A stretch of DNA of 5,713 nucleotides, taken from assembly GCA_019056805.1 (NCBI GenBank), contig DXJG01000018.1, forward strand, positions 1-5,713. The letters run 5' to 3'. The notes under the pieces were generated by a model. It worked only from the letters and a program-made list of their open reading frames with translations, did no database searches and was not told the DNA's origin. Made by a program: the position numbers and the translations under genes. The DNA comes from Candidatus Baldrarchaeota archaeon. GTDB lineage: Archaea > Asgardarchaeota > Baldrarchaeia > Baldrarchaeales > DXJG01. Shown here one piece after another: positions 1 to 5,194 of this stretch (position 1 is the stretch's first letter; each line of letters opens with the position of its first letter).

Positions 1-2
1 AG

Positions 3-134
3 CATGGTGGCTACTACTTTTTGGTTGTAAGGGATGAAACAGTTAATTTTATTCGGTTTGTGAGAGCAGAAGAACTGAAACTCGAGTTTAAAAGTGATGA
101 GATAGTAGTAAGCTGGGTTAAAGTGTGGGGGTGA
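3..134 (+). CDS. 5'-truncated hypothetical protein (C-terminal 43 aa: HGGYYFLVVRDETVNFIRFVRAEELKLEFKSDEIVVSWVKVWG)
   Basis: Frame is open from the window edge to TGA 132-134. The stop lies inside GGGGTGA, the SD of the next gene, a coupling pattern repeated across the window. Not in the ORF track. Confidence 0.7.
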   Translation, partial: HGGYYFLVVRDETVNFIRFVRAEELKLEFKSDEIVVSWVKVWG

Positions 135-138
135 GTGT

Positions 139-447
139 GTGAGTAGCGATGTTGTTGGAGAAGTGATAAAGTATCTCAAAAAGTTGTGTGAGTATCAACC
201 TGCGTTTGAAACAAAGTGGAGGAGAAGGTGTACAGTTGAGTCTGTGTATTGCAAAGTATTTAACTTGTTAGACGAGTTTATAGATATTTATAAACCTTGT
301 GATTATGTAAAAGAGAGGTTGATAGAGTTGAGGTGGGCAGTAGAGTTTTTAGGTGCAGTTAATGATAAAGAAACTTATAAGAGGTTACAAAGGGAAATTC
401 AATTGCTTTCTGAAGAGATATTAGTGGCATTAGGTTATTTGACTTAA
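139..447 (+). CDS. Hypothetical helical protein, 102 aa; paralog A of a tandem pair
   Basis: GTG start 4 nt after SD GGGGTGA (128-134). Shares the motif YxPxFETKxRR-x5-SVxCKV with the next ORF. Confidence 0.85.
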   Translation: MSSDVVGEVIKYLKKLCEYQPAFETKWRRRCTVESVYCKVFNLLDEFIDIYKPCDYVKERLIELRWAVEFLGAVNDKETYKRLQREIQLLSEEILVALGYLT

Positions 448-482
448 ATTTTTATTAGCAGATAGTTTTGGGGTGGTGTGTT

Positions 483-815
483 ATGTATAGGTTGGATAGT
501 TTGAAATTATATGAAATAAAGTGTGTGTCAGAAGATTTAAAGACGCTTAAACGATTCTTAAGTTATGAACCTAACTTTGAAACGAAGCAGAGAAGGGTAA
601 GAAACCCAGATTCTGTGATATGTAAAGTGCGTAGGGCTACTTTGAGACTATTGTGGTTTTTAGATTTAAATAAAGAGCAAGCAAGAATTCTTGGAAGAAT
701 TGATGCATATGCTATGTCGTTAAGAGATATAAGTGCTGATGAGGATGCCTATTATATTATTTTAGCTCGTATGAAGTTAGAGGTGAATAGGTTTTTTATG
801 GCGTTGTTTATTTAA
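483..815 (+). CDS. Hypothetical helical protein, about 110 aa; paralog B of a tandem pair
   Basis: Start revised from TTG 468 to ATG 483, which follows the SD-like GGGGTGGTG (470-478). 13/22 identical residues to 139..447 over an ungapped block. Confidence 0.85.
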   Translation: MYRLDSLKLYEIKCVSEDLKTLKRFLSYEPNFETKQRRVRNPDSVICKVRRATLRLLWFLDLNKEQARILGRIDAYAMSLRDISADEDAYYIILARMKLEVNRFFMALFI

Positions 816-830
816 ATTGGCGGTGAAGTT

Positions 831-1034
831 ATGAAAGTGAATATTTTTGATGATAGACGGAGTTTGATTCATTTTTTTATGGGTGTTTTAACATATTGGT
901 TTATATTTATTTTTGTGGTTTTTCTTTTTTATCAATTGATTGAACATTTCTATAAAGGAAAAAGGGATCATTTATTAGGTGATATAACGGAATATTTATA
1001 TGGTTTAAGCTTCATATATCTACTGTTTGGGTGA
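831..1034 (+). CDS. Small integral membrane protein, 67 aa, with polar residues in or beside hydrophobic helices (H14, Q35/E38/H39, D51/E54)
   Basis: ATG preceded by GGTGA (822-826). Hydrophobic segments LIHFFMGVLTYWFIFIFVVFLFY and YLYGLSFIYLLFG. Confidence 0.8.
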   Translation: MKVNIFDDRRSLIHFFMGVLTYWFIFIFVVFLFYQLIEHFYKGKRDHLLGDITEYLYGLSFIYLLFG

Positions 1035-1038
1035 TATT

Positions 1039-1206
1039 ATGAAAATTAGAGCAAAGCGAAGAACTATCTCCTGGAATCAGTTGATTCCTTGTTTGAATGG
1101 AAATTGTCATTTTGATGGCTGTGCAGATACAACGAGATCATGTTTTATAGCGCTTATTGAAAAGACAAGAAGAGAGAGAGGAGGTGCTATTCTTGGATTT
1201 AGGTGA
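1039..1206 (+). CDS. Unannotated 55-aa basic, Cys-rich protein (MKIRAKRRTISWNQLIPCLNGNCHFDGCADTTRSCFIALIEKTRRERGGAILGFR)
   Basis: ATG 1039 lies 4 nt after GGGTGA (1029-1034, containing the upstream stop). It fills the gap exactly and overlaps the next gene's start. Pattern C-x4-C-H-x3-C-x6-C is a possible metal site. Confidence 0.7.
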   Translation: MKIRAKRRTISWNQLIPCLNGNCHFDGCADTTRSCFIALIEKTRRERGGAILGFR

Positions 1207-1651
1207 AAAACAAAGAAGGCATTTAATGACTGTTAGTTTGGATAATAAAACCCTTGGAGGGTTTCGATTAGATGATTTAACTGTTTTAGACGCAATGGGT
1301 TTGGAGCTTGAAGACGAAAAAGCAGATTTATCTGAGGAAGTTCAAGAGAGAGTTAAGTATGAGAAAATAGCATATATTAAAGGGAAGTCATCAGATGTAG
1401 CAGTGTTTTGTAAATGGGTTTTAGACGATTATGGAGAAGTTGTTTTGAAGCCGTATCTGAGGGTGTATGTAGGGGAGTATTATTACGAGTTCTATTTAGA
1501 TTCTGAAGCTTCAAAGAGGTTAGAAAGAGCAATACGGAAAGTAAGATACCGATTTAGCAAAACTAAGCGAATTAATCAATGTGCAAAAGAAAAGAGGGAA
1601 CGAGCGTTCTTAGACATAGTAGGAAAATCTCTTAGAGAGCTTCTAAGGTGA
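1193..1651 (+). CDS. Hypothetical protein, about 152 aa (acidic N-terminal half, beta-rich middle, basic C-terminal helix)
   Basis: Start revised from 1157 to TTG 1193, which lies 6 nt after a perfect GGAGGTG (1180-1186). ATG 1226 is an alternative start. Confidence 0.75.
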   Translation: MDLGEKQRRHLMTVSLDNKTLGGFRLDDLTVLDAMGLELEDEKADLSEEVQERVKYEKIAYIKGKSSDVAVFCKWVLDDYGEVVLKPYLRVYVGEYYYEFYLDSEASKRLERAIRKVRYRFSKTKRINQCAKEKRERAFLDIVGKSLRELLR

Positions 1652-1655
1652 AAAT

Positions 1656-1763
1656 ATGTTTTGCGCAAAATTTGTTTTGCTAATAAATAGTTTACAGCAG
1701 TTTATATCCGGAATGAGATTTTTATCAAGGAGTTGTATAGGTATTATATACAATACTATATAG
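1656..1763 (+). CDS. Possible 35-aa small ORF (MFCAKFVLLINSLQQFISGMRFLSRSCIGIIYNTI)
   Basis: ATG 4 nt after AGGTGA (1646-1651); the TAG stop overlaps the next SD (TAGGTGA). It also overlaps palindromes and a promoter, so it may be non-coding. Confidence 0.3.
   Translation: MFCAKFVLLINSLQQFISGMRFLSRSCIGIIYNTI
1733..1753 (+). promoter_or_regulatory. TATA box (TTATATAC 1744-1751) inside the inverted repeat TTGTATA-N7-TATACAA
   Basis: TTATATAC lies 21 nt before ATG 1773, the same spacing as TTATATAC 2734-2741 before ATG 2763. Perfect 7-bp arms at 1733-1739 and 1747-1753. Confidence 0.6.
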
Positions 1764-1772
1764 GTGATTTGA

Positions 1773-2342
1773 ATGGCTGAAAAAAGCTACAGGATGAAGC
1801 GTGTTAGGAGAGGTGGTAGATATTATGTTTATGTTTGGGGTAAAGATGGAAAGTTGATTACAGTTAAAAAATGGAGTTCTAAGAAAGAAAAAAGAGAGCA
1901 AATTAAAAAAGAGATTAAAAGGAAAATAAGAGTAGAGATTGAATATAGATATACGGTTTGTGGGAAGAGATTAATAGATTATTTTTCGTTGAATTCTGCA
2001 ATTGCATATTATTTTTATGAAAAAGAAAGTTGGATGATTAATTTGCTTGAAGATATACATAACGCCATTGTTGAATATTACGAGAATTTTATGGATATAC
2101 TAAGCAGCTCTGAAGGACTTGATGATTGCTCTCAATTCGATTTTTCTGAGTTAGAGGAATTGAATGTAGTAGACTGTGATAGTGTTTATGGTTTGTTAAT
2201 TAGCTACTCATGGGATATTGAGAAAGATACAATTAAGTATTATCTAAAAGCAGACTGGGTTACAAAACGAGTAATAGCTAAAAAGGGTGGAATGTGGGAT
2301 TTAGTGCTAAAGAAATGGGGGTTTAAGTATGATAACGATTGA
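1773..2342 (+). CDS. Hypothetical 189-aa protein with a very basic N-terminal beta-hairpin (RVRRGGRYYVYVWGKDGKLITVKKW) and an acidic central/C-terminal part; putative DNA-binding partner of the primase-like protein
   Basis: SD AGGTGA 1762-1767. K/R-rich first ~60 aa, D/E-rich middle. Overlaps the next gene by 14 nt. Confidence 0.8.
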   Translation: MAEKSYRMKRVRRGGRYYVYVWGKDGKLITVKKWSSKKEKREQIKKEIKRKIRVEIEYRYTVCGKRLIDYFSLNSAIAYYFYEKESWMINLLEDIHNAIVEYYENFMDILSSSEGLDDCSQFDFSELEELNVVDCDSVYGLLISYSWDIEKDTIKYYLKADWVTKRVIAKKGGMWDLVLKKWGFKYDND

Positions 2343-2682
2343 TCTTGATGTTTTCAAGAGGTTTAGCAATAATCATTATTATGCTGTTCATGTAGTTCAG
2401 AAAATTATGTTTAATTTACTTACAATTTCACCATATAAGGTAAGAGTTTCAGCATCGGGAAAAGGGTTACATATTGTTTTACCGATTGACAATGAGGTAG
2501 TTAGAGAGTGTCATGATGATTATTGTAGGTTTAAAGCAGATCAGGAAAGAGAAAAGTTAGGGTTGTTTACAAATATTTTATTCAAAATAAAAGATGACAA
2601 AAAAGCTGGAGAATGGAAATATATCAAAAGTGAAATAGATGTGGTAGAGTTTATTCAAGAATTTTTTAGGTTAAATTTTTAG
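2329..2682 (+). CDS. Minimal archaeo-eukaryotic primase (AEP / prim-pol)-like catalytic domain, 117 aa
   Basis: Motif I hhhDhD = ITIDLD (D5, D7); motif II = SASGKGLHIV (S41, H48); candidate motif III acid in RECHDD (D63/D64). SD GGGGGT 2317-2322. No helicase, PriCT or Zn domain is visibly fused. Confidence 0.7.
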   Translation: MITIDLDVFKRFSNNHYYAVHVVQKIMFNLLTISPYKVRVSASGKGLHIVLPIDNEVVRECHDDYCRFKADQEREKLGLFTNILFKIKDDKKAGEWKYIKSEIDVVEFIQEFFRLNF

Positions 2683-2687
2683 GCAAA

Positions 2688-2695
2688 TTTTTTTT
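2688..2695 (+). terminator. Archaeal-type oligo(T) terminator
   Basis: T8 run 5 nt after the stop of 2329..2682 and just upstream of the next promoter. Confidence 0.55.
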
Positions 2696-2724
2696 CTAAC
2701 TTAGCTTTCTAATTTGGTGGTGCA

Positions 2725-2741
2725 ACGAAAACATTATATAC
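2725..2741 (+). promoter_or_regulatory. Archaeal BRE-TATA promoter (ACGAAAA CA TTATATAC), probably giving a leaderless mRNA
   Basis: Purine-rich BRE plus TATA centred about 26 nt upstream of ATG 2763, which has no SD. Confidence 0.75.
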
Positions 2742-2762
2742 TATTTATGTGTAATACCATAT

Positions 2763-3101
2763 ATGACAGAGGAAGGTGTTGAGGAAAAAATAGAAATTTA
2801 TGAGTGTCGGTATTGTGGTAAAGAGTACAAAAGTAAGTGGGGAGTTCAACGACATGAGGAAGTGTGTTCAGAAAGACCAAGGGTTGAAGAAAAATCAAGT
2901 GACTCAAAGCAGGAAGCTGATGTGGATGACTCTGAAGGGTTTGAAATCTTTGATGATCTTGAAGATGATGAAGAAATAGAGTATGAATGTACGGAGTGTG
3001 GTTATGTGTCTGGTAGCTCATTTGAGATATGCCCCAGGTGTGGTGAAGAGCTGGAATGGGAAGACGATGAGGAGGATTGGGGGAAGGAGGAAGAATGGTG
3101 A
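2763..3101 (+). CDS. Highly acidic double zinc-finger protein, 112 aa: C2HC finger (C15-x2-C18-x12-H31-x3-C35) plus C4 zinc ribbon (C76-x2-C79-x10-C90-x2-C93)
   Basis: Ligand spacing read directly from the translation; 42 D/E versus 12 K/R. Confidence 0.85.
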   Translation: MTEEGVEEKIEIYECRYCGKEYKSKWGVQRHEEVCSERPRVEEKSSDSKQEADVDDSEGFEIFDDLEDDEEIEYECTECGYVSGSSFEICPRCGEELEWEDDEEDWGKEEEW

Positions 3102-3340
3102 TTATGAAGAAATGGATTCAGAAGAGCATTAAACATCCTGGAAGAGTTAAAAAATATCTTAGAAGACTTTATGGAGATAAAGCATTTACAAAGGATGGAA
3201 AAGTAAAACTTAGTTATATAAAGAAAGCAATTAAACACTTAAAACGAATGCCAGAAAGTAAAAGAGCAGAAGGATTGTTAAATGCTTTGCAGTTAGCTAT
3301 TAGATTACACAAAATAGCTAAAAGGAGGAGGAGAAAATGA
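3095..3340 (+). CDS. Small very basic protein, about 81 aa; putative DNA-binding or virion core protein
   Basis: Start revised to ATG 3095, 4 nt after GGAGG (3086-3090); ATG 3104 is an alternative. 28 K/R versus 4 D/E. The N-terminal KKWIQKSIKHPG recalls a KKWIQxAIKxPG motif of small basic phage proteins (recall only, unverified). Confidence 0.8.
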   Translation: MVIMKKWIQKSIKHPGRVKKYLRRLYGDKAFTKDGKVKLSYIKKAIKHLKRMPESKRAEGLLNALQLAIRLHKIAKRRRRK

Positions 3341-3489
3341 ACTGGGATTTTTTTGATGAAGGAATAGCAGGTATTTTAGTCATAGCTGGGATAATTTATG
3401 GATTTGCTATAGACTTTCAGAACGGTTTAACTTTGATAGGTATTGGTACATCATACTTGTTTGGCAAAAGTATACCAAAACAGAGGTGA
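3337..3489 (+). CDS. Unannotated 50-aa two-helix membrane protein (MNWDFFDEGIAGILVIAGIIYGFAIDFQNGLTLIGIGTSYLFGKSIPKQR); holin-like or virion membrane protein
   Basis: ATGA overlap with the upstream stop and a strong SD GGAGGAGGAG (3323-3332). Two Gly-rich hydrophobic segments and a basic C-terminal tail. Its stop lies within GAGGTGA, the SD of the next gene. Confidence 0.85.
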   Translation: MNWDFFDEGIAGILVIAGIIYGFAIDFQNGLTLIGIGTSYLFGKSIPKQR

Positions 3490-3492
3490 AAA

Positions 3493-3909
3493 ATGCCTGA
3501 TAGACGATTTACTTTAGAGGATATTATCGAGTATGAGGTAGAAAGGAGGTTGAAGAAAAAAGAAGGGGTAAGTGGTGGTGATTTTGATTTGAAGGAGTTA
3601 TTTCAACTAATAAAGTTTTTTGTTAAATTGAAAAGTGAATTTAGTGGATTGATACCACAACAACAGTCAAATTTAGGTGTACCTCAGGATGTTAAAATAG
3701 TTGAAAAAGTAGTCGAAAAACCAGCTAAATCTCAAATTACTGGTGAACAAATTTATGAAGCAATAATGCAAATGTTAGCTATGATTAAGCAGGTATATGG
3801 AGATATACCAATCTCTAAAGTTCAAGAGATGGCTGAAGCACACAGGAATCAGATTATTGAGATGATTGACGCTCAGTTTTCACAAATGGTTGGTGAGAGT
3901 AGTGGTTAA
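3493..3909 (+). CDS. Hypothetical alpha-helical protein, 138 aa, directly upstream of and overlapping the ATPase
   Basis: SD GAGGTGA 3483-3489. Two amphipathic helical regions joined by a Q/P/K/E-rich linker. Confidence 0.8.
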   Translation: MPDRRFTLEDIIEYEVERRLKKKEGVSGGDFDLKELFQLIKFFVKLKSEFSGLIPQQQSNLGVPQDVKIVEKVVEKPAKSQITGEQIYEAIMQMLAMIKQVYGDIPISKVQEMAEAHRNQIIEMIDAQFSQMVGESSG

Positions 3910-4504
3910 GAAGATCGTAATTTGTGGTTTACAAGGGTCGGGAAAGACATTTTTGACTAAATACTATTTTCTCAAGAAAACGAAGTATCATCTTGTTATT
4001 GACCCGAATGACGAATATAAAGGATTTATTCGATATGTGCCAAAATATGTTGGTGATTTTGAGAAGTTAAAAGATGAGCTAAAACTTGTTCTTAAAAAAT
4101 TAGTATTTCCAAATGTCAATTGGATTGAAAAGCAAAAAAAGAAGAAAAAGGCTTTAAAAATGGTTGTAATTGATGAGTTGGATTTATTTGCTCCGTCCAG
4201 AAAGCAATTGGGGCAGGAAATAAGAGACTTATATGTGAGGTGTAGACACATGGATTTAGATTATTTGATCGGAATAACAAGAAGAATAACAGATGTTCAC
4301 CCGTATATTCATGAAGTTTCGGAAAACTTAATAATTTTTAAGCAAACTGGGTTAAACGATATGCGGAGATTAAATGAAATAGCTGGAAAGGGTACATCAG
4401 AGTTAATGAGAAAAGAAATTGATTTTAATAAACATAACTTTTTGTTTATTGATATTGATAGGAATGTTAAGGTGGTGAACACATGGGCGGAGCTAAATAT
4501 TTAG
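3902..4504 (+). CDS. Viral genome-packaging ATPase, FtsK/HerA superfamily (A32 / PRD1 P9 / STIV B204-like), about 200 aa
   Basis: Walker A GLQGSGKT near the N-terminus, strand-2 motif LVIDPNDEY, Walker B MVVIDELD, arginine-finger region RCRH, sensor-like GITRR, then NLIIFKQ. Start revised to GTG 3902, 5 nt after GGTGA (3892-3896). Confidence 0.85.
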   Translation: MVKKIVICGLQGSGKTFLTKYYFLKKTKYHLVIDPNDEYKGFIRYVPKYVGDFEKLKDELKLVLKKLVFPNVNWIEKQKKKKKALKMVVIDELDLFAPSRKQLGQEIRDLYVRCRHMDLDYLIGITRRITDVHPYIHEVSENLIIFKQTGLNDMRRLNEIAGKGTSELMRKEIDFNKHNFLFIDIDRNVKVVNTWAELNI

Positions 4505-4827
4505 ACAGAGTTTGGAAAAACCCGTCTGAGTATAAAATTGAAAAACTAATTATAGTCAACTACCCATACTTTCATGTAGATGTTTTTCTGGAAAATGGTG
4601 ATATTTTCGGAGTACCGTTAAATTATGTAAAAGGAATGGCATTTTATGTACTACCACCAAATAAGGGGAAAAAAATTAATAAAAAAGAGTTGTTGAAGCA
4701 AGCACCAACTAAGTTTTGTAAATATCACAATGAAAAGATGATTCCAACTAAACTTTTTGTGTTTGAGAGAATACGATTACAATACAAATGTCCGGTCTGT
4801 TTTTTAACCGATTATTTTGATTATTAG
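4483..4827 (+). CDS. Hypothetical 114-aa protein with a C-terminal zinc-ribbon-like motif (CKYH-x20-CPVC)
   Basis: SD GGTGGTGA 4471-4478; overlaps the ATPase 3' end by 22 nt; CxxH...CxxC ligands. Confidence 0.75.
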   Translation: MGGAKYLDRVWKNPSEYKIEKLIIVNYPYFHVDVFLENGDIFGVPLNYVKGMAFYVLPPNKGKKINKKELLKQAPTKFCKYHNEKMIPTKLFVFERIRLQYKCPVCFLTDYFDY

Positions 4828-4844
4828 ACGAAAATTTTATATAT
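4828..4844 (+). promoter_or_regulatory. Archaeal BRE-TATA promoter (ACGAAAA TT TTATATA) of the structural operon
   Basis: Same ACGAAAAnnTTATATA consensus as 2725-2740. SD AGGTGG at 4879-4884 precedes ATG 4889. Confidence 0.8.
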
Positions 4845-4888
4845 CTTAATATCTAACTATTTGTAACAAAAATTAAGTAGGTGGTAGT

Positions 4889-5194
4889 ATGGCAAAAAGG
4901 AAAAGAGGTAGGAAGAAAGGGATTGTTAGTGGACAGTTTACAGACTATCTGATTGCAGGGTTGGTTAAGAGCTTCACTGAACCTTTACTGGCTAACTATA
5001 TTGGAAACGCAAACCTCGTTTCTGGTGCAGTGAAAATAGGGATAGGTTATGGTGTACAGAAGTTTATCGGGGGAAATGTTGCTAAATACATAAAAATGGC
5101 TATGCTCATTGATGGTGCTGAAGACATTGTGTATGGACTGTTTAGAGGTGGACTACAGGCACAAGGGCAGTCAGGATTTGGGGTGGTGGTCTAA
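4889..5194 (+). CDS. Putative virion internal-membrane/DNA-binding protein, 101 aa (MAKRKRGRKK tail plus Gly/Ala-rich amphipathic or hydrophobic helices)
   Basis: Basic N-terminus followed by apolar helical segments; first gene of the promoter-led unit, immediately before the putative MCP. Confidence 0.7.
   Translation: MAKRKRGRKKGIVSGQFTDYLIAGLVKSFTEPLLANYIGNANLVSGAVKIGIGYGVQKFIGGNVAKYIKMAMLIDGAEDIVYGLFRGGLQAQGQSGFGVVV

Noticed and set aside
2311-2342. Programmed frameshift fusing the 189-aa protein to the mini-AEP (GGGTTTA heptamer)
   Set aside because: Fusion needs a +1 shift, whereas the heptamer is phased for a -1 shift in the other frame; the AEP gene has its own SD and ATG, so translational coupling is the simpler explanation.
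2449-2481. HUH rolling-circle Rep interpretation of GKGLHIVL
   Set aside because: Only one His, no HUH pair and no YxxK motif; DxD plus SxSGxGxH fits AEP better.
2734-3021. Minus-strand 95-aa ORF
   Set aside because: Shadow of the Zn-finger gene (H/L/P/T-rich antisense of GAR codons); it also runs over the promoter and has no SD.
3002-3238. Minus-strand 78-aa ORF
   Set aside because: Ser/Phe-rich antisense shadow of the acidic and basic genes.
3866-3901. Track start codons at 468, 1157, 3077 and 3866
   Set aside because: Each lacks a correctly spaced SD, while downstream starts (483, 1193, 3095, 3902) have clear GGTGA/GGAGG-type motifs 4-6 nt upstream.
4128-4151. A-rich tract encoding KQKKKKK in the ATPase as a slippage site
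   Set aside because: The reading frame is intact with Walker B downstream; best explained as a lysine-rich loop in AT-rich DNA.
3988-4251. 87-aa ORF antisense to the ATPase
   Set aside because: Lies fully inside the ATPase gene on the opposite strand; its Phe runs mirror Lys codons.
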